Positions 28,087-37,879 are shown, counted from the first letter of the stretch. The stretch is DNA of 64,000 bases from Candidatus Omnitrophota bacterium (GCA_026387355.1 JAPLLW010000011.1:9504-73503); one strand, 5' to 3'. The notes: generated by a model not told the origin, from the letters alone. Numbers and translations: made by a program.

Positions 28087-28653
28087 CTAGAATATCTCTT
28101 TGAAGCGGGAATTTAATTTAGAATAGATAATCGTTGCAACAAGCGCCTTTAAGATATCTCCTACAATAAAAGGAATAAAACCTAAGGTAAGTGCATTTAA
28201 AAGACTGCACCTGAAAAGCTGTTTAATCCACAGGCTTCCACAAACCAAAATCAATATATCCGCTACACAAAATAGCAAGAAAGTAGTCGAGAAATCACTT
28301 TTAAAATATTTCAAGAAAGTCCCCAGGAAAATAGCCGCAAAGATAAAACCGAATATATAACCTGAGGTTGGACCAGAAAGATAAAGCAGGCCGCTACCGC
28401 TTCCCGTAAACAAAGGAATACCAGCAATTCCTAATACGGCATAACATATTTGCGAAAATCCCCCTAGCCTTGAACCTAAAAATGCTCCGGATAATAAAAC
28501 GAAAAGTGTTTGCAGTGTTATAGGCACTGGCGTAAAGAAAAGAGGAATGCGCACAAAGGCCCCTAATGCCGTCAATATAACAAATACTGCCACTGCAATT
28601 ACTTTACATAAATCTTTATTTATGATTATTTCTTTTTTTAAGATAGCTTCCAT
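28087..28653 (-). CDS. bioY: biotin transporter, ECF S-component BioY
   Basis: PITLQTLFVLLSGAFLG motif. Six TM helices. Confidence 0.75.
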   Translation of the reverse strand: MEAILKKEIIINKDLCKVIAVAVFVILTALGAFVRIPLFFTPVPITLQTLFVLLSGAFLGSRLGGFSQICYAVLGIAGIPLFTGSGSGLLYLSGPTSGYIFGFIFAAIFLGTFLKYFKSDFSTTFLLFCVADILILVCGSLWIKQLFRCSLLNALTLGFIPFIVGDILKALVATIIYSKLNSRFKEIF

Positions 28654-28740
28654 TATTCCTCCCTGCCTACTTAAAACCGATAGGCGTAATTAGTTTGCTT
28701 AGTTAGTAATTATACCTAAAATTTATAGAAAGTAAAGCTT

Positions 28741-30561
28741 CTACCATTGAAATTTTAATCCCGTTTTAATCCATCTTCCCGGCTGGAGGACCCCTCCTAC
28801 TTCGCTGTATTGCGTATTGGTGAAATTATCCACGCTTACAAATGGCTCTAAAGAAAAATCCTTTGTCTCAAATTTTTTTCCTAAATAGATATTCCCGACA
28901 AAGTAATTATCGCTGTAATACCTGTCGTTATAAGAAAACTGCCAATTTAATTTTAACCCGCAAACTAAAGTATATATATCAAGGAGATACTGGTGTTTAA
29001 GTATATCTAACGCATATTTTGACTGAAATCCATTTGCCTTTCTGTTCGCATACATATAATTATATGAAAACCCTACTTTTGGTACTTTTAAGAATTTAAA
29101 GTCGGCATTGGGATTGATCTTGAAATTGAATTCTAGCCCGCTATAATCCACTCTCCCCAGATTCGTCGCCTGCCAAGGCTGAGTTGATACGCTGCGCGTC
29201 CAATCAATCAAATTATACCCGCGACGCAAAAATCCTGCTAACCCAGTTTCTAGAAATTCATTTGCAAAATCCAGCCCTAATCTAAAATTATAGGAATATT
29301 CTTCTTTTAGATTTGGATTTCCTTTGTTTCCGGGGTCGGAATAATACAGTTCAGTAAATGAGGGTAGTCTGTACGACCTGGAAACAGCTCCGTTTATTTT
29401 CAATTTATTATCTATCAAATAATACCCTAGCCCCAAATTAAATGACTCCTGCCAGTTCCATTTCTGATAATAATCAACCCCGAAATTAAAATTAGACCTT
29501 AACCTCCCCGCAGGATCAAGGGAAAAACCCAGAGTAGCGCCTTCATGGCGCCTTGAATGCTTACCTAAATTAGTAGAGTTTATCTCTTCTTCTACGATAT
29601 TAAACCCCAATGATGCTTTTCCGTATTTAACCGGACGCTCAAAATTGGAATCAAAACCATAGACATAAGTAGTGTGGTAATTTACCGAAGTCGGGTTATT
29701 TCTTTGTAAGATAAACTTATCATTATGCTTCCTTAAATAGAGACTTGTCTTAAAGAAACCTGGATTTAATTTAAACTTAGCCCCTGTTTTATAAAAGTAA
29801 ATTTCTGTGTGCTCTTCCTCTTCGGGGTATAAATTGGAGTAGAAACTATCCGCGCCAAAATCTTTTTTCTGATAACCGGCTAAGAGATCTAAATCAGCAA
29901 ATTCATAATCTTTAGTCAGGTATAAAGAAGCGGTTTGATTCTCAAAATCAGTGTTCGGCACTGCAGCCTGGGCTTTCTTATGGTCAAAAGAAAACCTCCC
30001 TGAAATTACCTCAGATGGGAAAGTCAGAGATAGCGCCTGTCCGAACAAAGCATGCTCTCCGAATAAAGCTTCTAAATTGAATTTTTTTTGCGTAGGCTTC
30101 TTGACCACCATATTAACACTTCCGGCAAAAGCACCGGCGCCGTATAAAGAAGAATCCCCGATTTTGTCGACATTAATTCTTTCGACATCAAAAATTGTTA
30201 AAGGAATATCCAGGTTGTGGTGGCCTGTTTGAGGATCCATAACATTTATCCCGTCAATAGCTACTGCTACTTCTTCAAAGTTAGAGCCATTAAGCGATAA
30301 GTCGCCTTGAATTCCCATCGGAGAGCGATTACGCAGATCTATTCCCGGGACATAGTTAAGAACATCGTAGGTAAAAGTGGCATCGCCTTCACCAATGCCC
30401 TCTATATTAAAGCTTTCAAAGCCTTCTTGGCTCTGGGTCTTTACCACAATCTTATCCAAAGCATAAGGCTCGGCAGAGAAGAGAGGAGTTAAAAACAGAA
30501 AAAACGCTAAGATAATCCCATATATTATTTTCATTTTTAGAATAAAAAAACTCCAGCCCAT
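28741..30561 (-). CDS. TonB-dependent outer-membrane receptor
   Basis: Plug and beta-barrel. C-terminal …GLKFQW aromatic terminus. The start is ambiguous. ATG 30534 gives a classic MKIIYG… signal peptide. Track ATG 30561 lies inside the hairpin. Confidence 0.7.
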   Translation of the reverse strand: MGWSFFILKMKIIYGIILAFFLFLTPLFSAEPYALDKIVVKTQSQEGFESFNIEGIGEGDATFTYDVLNYVPGIDLRNRSPMGIQGDLSLNGSNFEEVAVAIDGINVMDPQTGHHNLDIPLTIFDVERINVDKIGDSSLYGAGAFAGSVNMVVKKPTQKKFNLEALFGEHALFGQALSLTFPSEVISGRFSFDHKKAQAAVPNTDFENQTASLYLTKDYEFADLDLLAGYQKKDFGADSFYSNLYPEEEEHTEIYFYKTGAKFKLNPGFFKTSLYLRKHNDKFILQRNNPTSVNYHTTYVYGFDSNFERPVKYGKASLGFNIVEEEINSTNLGKHSRRHEGATLGFSLDPAGRLRSNFNFGVDYYQKWNWQESFNLGLGYYLIDNKLKINGAVSRSYRLPSFTELYYSDPGNKGNPNLKEEYSYNFRLGLDFANEFLETGLAGFLRRGYNLIDWTRSVSTQPWQATNLGRVDYSGLEFNFKINPNADFKFLKVPKVGFSYNYMYANRKANGFQSKYALDILKHQYLLDIYTLVCGLKLNWQFSYNDRYYSDNYFVGNIYLGKKFETKDFSLEPFVSVDNFTNTQYSEVGGVLQPGRWIKTGLKFQW

Positions 30562-30579
30562 ATTATATATGGGCTGGAG
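30544..30579 (-). terminator. hairpin (13-bp perfect stem CTCCAGCCCATAT/ATATGGGCTGGAG) plus U-run after birA. Overlaps the possible start codon of the TonB receptor
   Basis: Seen directly. May act as terminator or attenuator. Confidence 0.5.
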
Positions 30580-30582
30580 CCA

Positions 30583-30614
30583 TTGTCAACTATTCTAGTA
30601 TGCTTGGTTTACAA
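30583..30614. promoter_or_regulatory. BirA-box-like palindrome ATTGTCAAC-N16-GTTTACAAT
   Basis: Matches the half-site consensus TTGTAAAC / GTTTACAA of biotin-repressor operators. Lies between birA and the TonB-receptor/bioY genes. Confidence 0.5.
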
Positions 30615-30645
30615 TTGCAAGGAAAGATTAACTACTGGTAGAAAA

Positions 30646-31605
30646 TTACCTGCAGTGGACTACATCGCCGGTCATAACCTTCTGGGTTAAACCGGAATCT
30701 TTTCTTATTAATAATCCTCCGTCTTTATCAATATCTACTGCCTCTCCCTCAATATGTTTACTCTGGCAATAAACCTTAACCCTTCGGCCTAAGGTAAGAT
30801 TATTCTGGCGCCATTTATCAATAATAATAGAGCTACCTTTCTTGGCTAAAAGTAAATAATTTGCTTCGAGCCTGCGTAGTATCTCCTGCAACAACTCCAG
30901 ACGGCTTACCTCTTCTTTCTTCTGCTCCCTCAAAGATGTAGCGCCGCTAATCAAAGACTTCTTATCATTATTCACGTTTATGCCGATACCGATATTTACA
31001 AAATTAACTTTATCAGTTTCAGCGCTTATCTCTGTAAGTATCCCGCCGAGCTTCTTACTGTGTACTAAGATATCATTCGGCCATTTTATCTGCGCATCGA
31101 TACCTGCAACTTCTTTTACTGCTTCGCAAATACTAATTGCAGCCATGAATGTTAATATCGATGCCTGCGCAGGCAAAAGATCGGGCCGCAGTATCAAAGA
31201 AAAATAAAGCCCCTTGTATTTCGGAGAAGACCAGATTCTCCCTAATCTACCCCTGCCTTTATTTTGCGCCTCGGCTAAAATCATTGTGCCTTCACTTGCG
31301 CCTTTTATCCCTAATTGCATAGCCATATCCATGGTAGAATTTAGAGAATCGAAATAAAGAATTTTTCTACCTAAAACCTTTGTATCCAAGCCATTCTTAA
31401 CCTCAAAATCAAACAACCTATCGGGACTAGATTCCAGACGATATCCGAGATGGGGAACTGCGGCGATATTGTAACCTAGATCCTTTAGCTCCTGGATATG
31501 CTTCCAGAGCGCCTGACGGCTTATTTTAAAATGGCTGCTTATCTCTTCGCCGGATATATAATCTTTTTCCCTTTTTAATAGTTCGATTATCTTTTCATCG
31601 ATCAT
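30646..31605 (-). CDS. birA: bifunctional biotin-protein ligase / biotin operon repressor
   Basis: N-terminal HTH (ISGEEISSHFKISRQALWKHIQELKDLGY) plus ligase motif GRGRLGRIWSSP. Confidence 0.85.
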   Translation of the reverse strand: MIDEKIIELLKREKDYISGEEISSHFKISRQALWKHIQELKDLGYNIAAVPHLGYRLESSPDRLFDFEVKNGLDTKVLGRKILYFDSLNSTMDMAMQLGIKGASEGTMILAEAQNKGRGRLGRIWSSPKYKGLYFSLILRPDLLPAQASILTFMAAISICEAVKEVAGIDAQIKWPNDILVHSKKLGGILTEISAETDKVNFVNIGIGINVNNDKKSLISGATSLREQKKEEVSRLELLQEILRRLEANYLLLAKKGSSIIIDKWRQNNLTLGRRVKVYCQSKHIEGEAVDIDKDGGLLIRKDSGLTQKVMTGDVVHCR

Positions 31606-32636
31606 TTCTTCAGATACTCCTCAAACTTGGCCCAAAAAGGATCTACGCCGGGATGCTTAAGCTTATACTCTTTGTTTTTCTCAAAAACACAGATGCCTTT
31701 ATTCTTTTCAACCACTTCTCCGGCTACGCTGGCAGGAATACCCTCTTTAATTAAAGCACTAACCACGGCCTGAGCCTTATTCTTCTTAACGGTTGCAAGT
31801 AATGTCCCTTCGCTTATCGAATTATAAGGATTGATATCAAAACATGCGCAGGTTTTCTTTACTTCATCCTGAACTACTATCTTATCCAGATAAATATGCA
31901 TACCCACCTGACTATGCATAGCTATCTCATAAAGCCCACCGAATATGCCGCATTCAGTAGCATCATGCATAGCAGTCACTCCTCCTACTCTAGCGACAAT
32001 CTGCGCGTCTTTTACCGTCGACATCTGATAATAAACATCTTGGGCAGGCTTGACAAATTTCTTGCCATATTTAGCCTCCAAAAACTTTGGGAAATAAGCC
32101 GCCAATAATCCTGTGGTTTCAATAGCCGGCCCCTTAGAGATAACAATCACATCCCCGATTTTTGCCTGAGGCATAATCAGTTTTTCTTTTTTATCTATAC
32201 CAAATACAGTCGCACCACCTACAAATGGGTAATTACACCCCGCATATCTAGCAGTATGCCCGGTGACAACGCTTATACCTAAAGCCTTACATTCGCTATC
32301 TACTACACCCCACATCCTGCTTAGCTCATTTTCAGTCATCTCTGGAGGAAGATTTAAATCAACAGCCAAGTATCTTGGTCTTATACCACTGACTGCTACG
32401 TCGCTAGCTAAGATATGCACTGCAAACCAAGCAGCTTTTTCTATGCCTAGCTCTTTTGCGATATAGAAAGGGTCGGTTGATAAAACCATCGCCTTATCGC
32501 CTAAATCAATTACCCCAAAATCAACCCCGGATTGAGGCTTTAGTATGACGGAAGAATCTTTTCTCCCTAATCTAGGATAAATTACTTTATTAAAAAATTC
32601 CGGATTGATTTTACCGAGTTTTGGCAGCTTACTCAT
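31602..32636 (-). CDS. PurM-superfamily (AIR-synthase-related / HypE-like) protein of unclear function
   Basis: PurM N/C domains (VDFGVIDLGDKAMVLSTDPF…FAVHILASDVAVSGIRP). No C-terminal Cys, so not canonical HypE or SelD. Confidence 0.5.
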   Translation of the reverse strand: MSKLPKLGKINPEFFNKVIYPRLGRKDSSVILKPQSGVDFGVIDLGDKAMVLSTDPFYIAKELGIEKAAWFAVHILASDVAVSGIRPRYLAVDLNLPPEMTENELSRMWGVVDSECKALGISVVTGHTARYAGCNYPFVGGATVFGIDKKEKLIMPQAKIGDVIVISKGPAIETTGLLAAYFPKFLEAKYGKKFVKPAQDVYYQMSTVKDAQIVARVGGVTAMHDATECGIFGGLYEIAMHSQVGMHIYLDKIVVQDEVKKTCACFDINPYNSISEGTLLATVKKNKAQAVVSALIKEGIPASVAGEVVEKNKGICVFEKNKEYKLKHPGVDPFWAKFEEYLKK

Positions 32637-33796
32637 TTTTTATCGTATAGCGGAGACATGGCACGTAACTTATGCACAACCTTAGGTAGGTTTTCTAAAA
32701 GATAATCAATATCTGACTCTTTGGTCCATCTACCCATAGTAATTCTCACTGAGCCATGGGCAGTCTCGTGGTCAAGACCGATAGCTAAAAGCACATGGGA
32801 TGGCTCTAAGGAACTGGATGTGCAGGCAGATCCGGTAGAAACAGCTATACCCAACATATCTAGACTCAAGAGAATGGATTCGCCTTCGATATATTTTATT
32901 GAAAAATTAACATTGTTTGGCAATCTCTGCGTAGGGTGGCCGTTAAGCATAACATCGCTAATCTTCTTGGGTATTTCTTTAATTAATCTATCTCTTAAGG
33001 CAATCTGAAATTCAGCCTCTTTTTTCATATTCTTACTGCACAGCTCTATTGCCTTGCTTAAACCTACGATACCTGGAATATTATGAGTGGATGCCCTCCT
33101 GCCCTTCTCCTGATCCCCTCCCTGCAGGAATTTTCCTAAACGCGTACCTTTTCTTATAAACAAAGCGCCTACGCCTTTTGGCCCGTAAAATTTATGGCCT
33201 GAAATAGAAAGCAGGTCAACGTTTAAATTATTTACATCAACCGGTATGTGCCCTGCAGTCTGCACTGCATCAGAGTGAAAACATACTCCTTTTGCCTTGG
33301 CAATCTTTCCAATTTCAGCAATTGGCTGAATAGTCCCGATCTCATTATTCGCATGCATTATAGAGATGAGGATGGTTTTGTCGGTAATCGCCTTTTTAAC
33401 ATCTTCAGCAGAGACAATTCCCTGTTTATCAACTCCTAGATAACTAATTTTAAAACCTTTTTTCTCAAGAACTGCGCATGGTTCGCTTATAGCGTGATGC
33501 TCGATCTTAGAAGTGATAATATGGTTGCCTTTATCGCCTAAAGCCTCGGCTACCCCGAATATCGCGTTGTTATCAGATTCTGTGCCTCCAGAGCTAAATA
33601 TAATTTCATCCGGTTTTGCCCCTAGAAATTCAGCAACATTATGACGGCTATCTTCAAGCGCCTTCTTCGCCTCTTGTCCGTATGCATGTAAACTAGAAGC
33701 ATTGCCAAACTTCTCAAAGAAATAAGGCTCCATGGACTTGATCACTTCAGGATCAGTAGGTGAAGTTGCTGCGTAATCTAAGTATACCCTTTTCAT
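32633..33796 (-). CDS. cysteine desulfurase (NifS/IscS class)
   Basis: PLP lysine in SGHKFYGPKG. Catalytic loop STGSACTSSS. Confidence 0.85.
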   Translation of the reverse strand: MKRVYLDYAATSPTDPEVIKSMEPYFFEKFGNASSLHAYGQEAKKALEDSRHNVAEFLGAKPDEIIFSSGGTESDNNAIFGVAEALGDKGNHIITSKIEHHAISEPCAVLEKKGFKISYLGVDKQGIVSAEDVKKAITDKTILISIMHANNEIGTIQPIAEIGKIAKAKGVCFHSDAVQTAGHIPVDVNNLNVDLLSISGHKFYGPKGVGALFIRKGTRLGKFLQGGDQEKGRRASTHNIPGIVGLSKAIELCSKNMKKEAEFQIALRDRLIKEIPKKISDVMLNGHPTQRLPNNVNFSIKYIEGESILLSLDMLGIAVSTGSACTSSSLEPSHVLLAIGLDHETAHGSVRITMGRWTKESDIDYLLENLPKVVHKLRAMSPLYDKK

Positions 33797-34599
33797 CTGA
33801 TAAGCCCCTCGTTCATACTCCCTGTACGATAACCCTCTAAATCTATAGTGATATAATTATATCCCAATTTCTTTAATTTGTCGATTATGCTTTTTCTTTT
33901 ATCTATCAAATCAGGGATACCCTTTTTCCCCACTTCTATGCGGCATAAATTCTCGTAATCCCTGACTCTGACATGATCAAAACCAATTGTTCTTAGATAA
34001 GTTTCTGCTTTGTTAATCCGCTCAAGAATAATTGTAGAGATGCGCCTGCCATAAGGAATACGCGAAGCAAGACAAGCTAAAGCCGGCTTATCCCAAGTAA
34101 TCAGACCTAACTTTCTACTTAATTTGCGAATCTCGTCTTTATTAAGGTCCACTTTCTGGAGCGGAGATAGCACCTTGAGTTCTTTTTTTGCTTCATTCCC
34201 GGGCCTAAAATCAGATTTATCCGACGCATTGCTAGCGTCAAATATATACTTAATATTATTCTTTTGCGCGATCGACCATAATTGTGTAAAAAGTTCTTTC
34301 TTACAAAAATAGCAACGCTGGGTAGAATTAGCAATAAACTTTTTGTTATTTAATTCGCGCGTACTAATTACCTTGTGCCTGACTCCAAAACTACGGGCAA
34401 TCCTCTTAGCAAAAACCAATTCCTCTTTAGGGTAAGTAGGAGAATTTGCAGTTACGCCTAGAATCTTGTTTTTTGGAATAACCAAAGAGGCAACCTTTAA
34501 CAAAAAGGCGCTATCCACTCCGCCTGAGAAAGCAATCAGGCAGGAATCATACTTTGAAAGCAACTTTTTAAGTTTATTTAGCTTTTTTGCAAGTTGCAT
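33793..34599 (-). CDS. PP-loop ATPase of the LarE/TIGR00268 family, 3-Cys type
   Basis: PP-loop AFSGGVDSAF. Cys at CYFC and ACLASRIP. Confidence 0.7.
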   Translation of the reverse strand: MQLAKKLNKLKKLLSKYDSCLIAFSGGVDSAFLLKVASLVIPKNKILGVTANSPTYPKEELVFAKRIARSFGVRHKVISTRELNNKKFIANSTQRCYFCKKELFTQLWSIAQKNNIKYIFDASNASDKSDFRPGNEAKKELKVLSPLQKVDLNKDEIRKLSRKLGLITWDKPALACLASRIPYGRRISTIILERINKAETYLRTIGFDHVRVRDYENLCRIEVGKKGIPDLIDKRKSIIDKLKKLGYNYITIDLEGYRTGSMNEGLIR

Positions 34600-34605
34600 T
34601 AATTA

Positions 34606-35013
34606 TCAGAAATGTACTTCCATGGCGCGCGGCGGGCAGAGCTTTACGCAAAGTTCGCAGGCGATGCATTTCTTATTATCGAATGAAATTTCCCGTGTTT
34701 TAGGATCAACTATTAAAGCCTGTGTAGGACAAATCGGCACGCAAACACCGCAATTAGTACACCTCTCTTCATTTCTAATAACATCCTGACTTAAAGGTTG
34801 GATGCGCACGCCGCAAGATTTCAAATATTCAATACCCTTATCAAAATTCTCGCGCTTGCCCGTTAATTCCAAAACCATGAGTCCTTCTTCTTGCGGAGTT
34901 ACAAAAGCTTTAAGGATATTAAATTGTAAATCGAGCTCCTTAACCAGCTTATAAATAATCGGCTGATTAACCAATCGATGAGGAAAATGCAGAACTATTC
35001 TTTTAGAAACCAT
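34606..35013 (-). CDS. NIL-domain / 2x[4Fe-4S] ferredoxin protein (homocysteine biosynthesis partner, MA1822-like)
   Basis: N-terminal NIL-like domain. CTNCGVCVPICP and CIACELCVKLCP. Confidence 0.7.
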   Translation of the reverse strand: MVSKRIVLHFPHRLVNQPIIYKLVKELDLQFNILKAFVTPQEEGLMVLELTGKRENFDKGIEYLKSCGVRIQPLSQDVIRNEERCTNCGVCVPICPTQALIVDPKTREISFDNKKCIACELCVKLCPPRAMEVHF

Positions 35014-35014
35014 A

Positions 35015-36229
35015 TCACTCCTCTTTCTGTAATATCGGCCTCTCCTTGAGCAGCTTAAAACTATACCCGGAATCTGCCGCAGGGAGCTTTGCCACTGGTT
35101 CAGTTAATTCAAAATCACCTTTTTTAATCCAAGACTTTAATTCTTCGGATATTTTAACTGCCTTGGAATAACTAGAAAGGTTTCCCGTAGGAACCTCTTT
35201 ACCTTGAATAGTTATCTTGCCGGACTTTAATTGTTCATAGCTAGCCTCTCCGAGTGAACCTGGAATAACCTGCGGATAATTCTGGCTATAATCCACAATA
35301 GGCGCGTATATATCTTTATCCTTAGCTGCGGCATGCTGAATAACTTCTTCGTCTAGAACCGGAATCGGCACACCTATACCGACGATAAGCGTAACTCCGT
35401 AACCAAGCATACTTGTACCCACCAAATATTGTGACTTCATCTGTTTCAGGTCTCCGATAACCGAAAGAGTACCTCCGGGAACCTTAGTCGTTCCATTCTC
35501 TCTACGCGGTACTCCGGGATTATGCTGCGTCCCCTGCCAGGCAACAAAACCTATTCCTCCACCTAAGAAAATCTTAGTGCCTATACCAATAGTTTTATAA
35601 TACGGGTCCTTGAGTAGCGGAGAGAGTTGACCGGCCGAACAATAATTAGCATTACCAAGATTCGGCTTAAGCATCCCTAGATAAGTATAAATCGGCTTAT
35701 CCGATAAATTTACCGCAATATTATAGTTTTGATAGGCATTACGCATATTGAATAATACTGCCTCATTCAAATCTTTGATATTAAGCAGAGTCTCTAACTT
35801 TCTACGCGGATAGCAATCAGTACCGTAAGCAGTAGCATCAAGCCGCACATCTTTACCTGCGACAATATCTTCAATTACATGTGCGCCGCCGTATTTAAAT
35901 TCTCCGGGATAAACTTTATTACGCGGATCATCATCCGGAATGGCTGTTGCGCCCATATAAATATCCACTGCGGCAAACCCGGTATACGCAGGCACATCGT
36001 TAAGCGTACAGGTTCCTCCGCCGATTTTTATACGCGGCTTAGTATGCCCAATATTAAAATATGCGCCACTTGAACACATAGGACCGAATGTCCCGGTAGT
36101 AACAACATCTACCTCCTGCGCAACCTTCTTGACCCCTTTCTTCTCAACAAGGTCTATCACTTCCTCGGCAGTAACTACAACTACCTGCCCTTTTCTTATT
36201 TTCTCGTTAATCTCTTTTATCGTGCGCAT
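35015..36229 (-). CDS. DUF39/COG1900 homocysteine-biosynthesis enzyme (MA1821-like)
   Basis: 404 aa with a COG1900-like profile (…VVTTGTFGPMCSSGAYFN…GGGTC…). Adjacent to the NIL-ferredoxin. Confidence 0.7.
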   Translation of the reverse strand: MRTIKEINEKIRKGQVVVVTAEEVIDLVEKKGVKKVAQEVDVVTTGTFGPMCSSGAYFNIGHTKPRIKIGGGTCTLNDVPAYTGFAAVDIYMGATAIPDDDPRNKVYPGEFKYGGAHVIEDIVAGKDVRLDATAYGTDCYPRRKLETLLNIKDLNEAVLFNMRNAYQNYNIAVNLSDKPIYTYLGMLKPNLGNANYCSAGQLSPLLKDPYYKTIGIGTKIFLGGGIGFVAWQGTQHNPGVPRRENGTTKVPGGTLSVIGDLKQMKSQYLVGTSMLGYGVTLIVGIGVPIPVLDEEVIQHAAAKDKDIYAPIVDYSQNYPQVIPGSLGEASYEQLKSGKITIQGKEVPTGNLSSYSKAVKISEELKSWIKKGDFELTEPVAKLPAADSGYSFKLLKERPILQKEE

Positions 36230-36268
36230 CTTTACCCTTTCTTATCTTTAAATAAATTATTAAAAAGT

Positions 36269-36490
36269 TTAAATCGCAATTACCTCTTTTACCTCCGGAA
36301 CCTCTTCTTTAAGTATTCTCTCAATTCCCATCTTTAGAGTCATCTGAGACATCGGACAGCAACCACAGCTGCCCTTAAGCTTTAATTTTACTACCCCATC
36401 ACTGGTTACTTCTATTAATTCAACATTGCCACCATCAGCAATAAGCATAGGCCTAACCTTTTCTAACGCCTTCTCTACTCTGTCTCTCAT
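36269..36490 (-). CDS. NifU/Nfu-like Fe-S scaffold domain protein
   Basis: GGNVELIEV…GSCGCCPMS (Nfu C-terminal CxxC). Confidence 0.7.
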   Translation of the reverse strand: MRDRVEKALEKVRPMLIADGGNVELIEVTSDGVVKLKLKGSCGCCPMSQMTLKMGIERILKEEVPEVKEVIAI

Positions 36491-36505
36491 TTTATTCTCC
36501 TTTTG

Positions 36506-37426
36506 TTAGGTAAACAGGCCCGTGCTTAAATAACGCTCGCCGGTATCAGGTAAAATTACCACAATTAGCTTACCCTTATTCTCTTCTCTTTTAGCTACTT
36601 CTAGAGCCGCAAATAACGCAGCACCCGAAGATATCCCAGCCAATATCCCTTCCTCTTTGGCTAATCTCCGAGCTGTCTGGGCAGCATCCTCATTAGAAAC
36701 CTGGATTACCTCGTCAATAATTTTACGATTCAATATCGCAGGGACAAAACCTGCTCCGATGCCCTGAATCTTGTGCGGTCCGGGGGAGCCCCCTGATAAA
36801 ACCGGTGAATCTTTAGGCTCTACTGCAACGGCCTTAAAATTTGGCTTTTTCTTTTTAATCGCCTCGGCTATGCCCGTAACTGTACCTCCTGTTCCTACTC
36901 CGGCAACTAAAATATCAATCTTGCCGTCAGTATCTTCCCAGATCTCTCTTGCGGTTGTACGACGGTGGATCTCTGGATTCGCTGTATTCTCAAATTGCTG
37001 CAAAACAAAATATCGTTTATCATTTTTAGCTAGCTCAACTGCCTTTCTTACTGCCCCGGACATCCCTTCGCCTCCGGGAGTAAGAATAATCTCTGCACCA
37101 AAAGCAGCTAATAACTGCCTGCGTTCAAGACTCATAGTCTCAGGCATGGTCAAAATAAGTTTATATCCTTTTACTGCGCATACAAAAGCTAAAGCTATCC
37201 CCGTATTTCCGGAAGTAGGCTCAACAATAATCGTATCTTTCTTTATTCTGCTTTCCTTCTCAGCTGCCTCTATCATACTCAACCCAATTCTATCCTTAAC
37301 CGAAGAGCAAGGATTAAATGATTCGACTTTCACAACCACCGTAGCAAGCGCATCCTGGCTTAAACGGTTAAGCTTAACCAAAGGGGTATTCCCGATTAAC
37401 TCTGTGATATTCTTAGCTATCTTCAT
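36506..37426 (-). CDS. cysK: cysteine synthase A (O-acetylserine sulfhydrylase)
   Basis: PLP-lysine motif SVKDR. GTGGT glycine loop. Confidence 0.85.
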   Translation of the reverse strand: MKIAKNITELIGNTPLVKLNRLSQDALATVVVKVESFNPCSSVKDRIGLSMIEAAEKESRIKKDTIIVEPTSGNTGIALAFVCAVKGYKLILTMPETMSLERRQLLAAFGAEIILTPGGEGMSGAVRKAVELAKNDKRYFVLQQFENTANPEIHRRTTAREIWEDTDGKIDILVAGVGTGGTVTGIAEAIKKKKPNFKAVAVEPKDSPVLSGGSPGPHKIQGIGAGFVPAILNRKIIDEVIQVSNEDAAQTARRLAKEEGILAGISSGAALFAALEVAKREENKGKLIVVILPDTGERYLSTGLFT

Positions 37427-37429
37427 CTT

Positions 37430-37879
37430 TTAAATTTGATAAGTAGAAACGGCACTTGTCTTTTTTGTCCTCTTAACCAAATCCTCAAAAGTTATATTAT
37501 CTATAATCTTGCTCGTGGCTTTATTTACCTCATACCAAATATCTTTAAATGCGCAGGTTCCCATATCGCGACATCCTGAATACTCTTTACTTACGCAGGC
37601 AATCGGCTCAACTGAGCCGTCAATAAATCTAACTACCTCTCCAAGCTTGATCTCAGAAGGTGCTTTAGCCAAGAAATAACCACCAACGCTACCTCTTCTA
37701 CTTTCTACAAACCTGCCTCTTTTTAAATCTAGAAGTATCTGCTCTAAGAATTTAGTCGGAATATCCAGCCGCTTAGCAAGTTCAGTAATTGTTGCAGCGG
37801 GTTCTTCCCCATAATGTAGCGCCAACTCCAAAATTGTCTTTAAAGCATAATCGCCACGATAAGTTATGCGCATAATCAC
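37430..37879 (-). CDS. Rrf2-family regulator (IscR/CymR-like) with 3 Cys
   Basis: N-terminal wHTH (RITYRGDYALKTILELAL). CVSKEYSGCRDMGTC. Confidence 0.75.
   Translation of the reverse strand: MIMRITYRGDYALKTILELALHYGEEPAATITELAKRLDIPTKFLEQILLDLKRGRFVESRRGSVGGYFLAKAPSEIKLGEVVRFIDGSVEPIACVSKEYSGCRDMGTCAFKDIWYEVNKATSKIIDNITFEDLVKRTKKTSAVSTYQI

Noticed and set aside
30534-30561. Choosing between ATG 30561 (track) and ATG 30534 for the TonB-dependent receptor
   Set aside because: Not resolved. 30561 lies within a 13-bp hairpin stem and lacks an SD. 30534 gives a textbook signal peptide but also lacks an SD. Left as ambiguous rather than asserted.
36771-37433. 220-aa plus-strand ORF (and similar plus-strand ORFs at 5923-6378, 12801-13274, 13287-13547, 20836-21192, 46029-46226, 58700-58982 and others)
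   Set aside because: All lie antisense inside minus-strand genes that have strong family motifs (cysK, MFS, PyrK-like and others). They have no SD and a Pro/Ser/Leu-rich composition typical of shadow ORFs.
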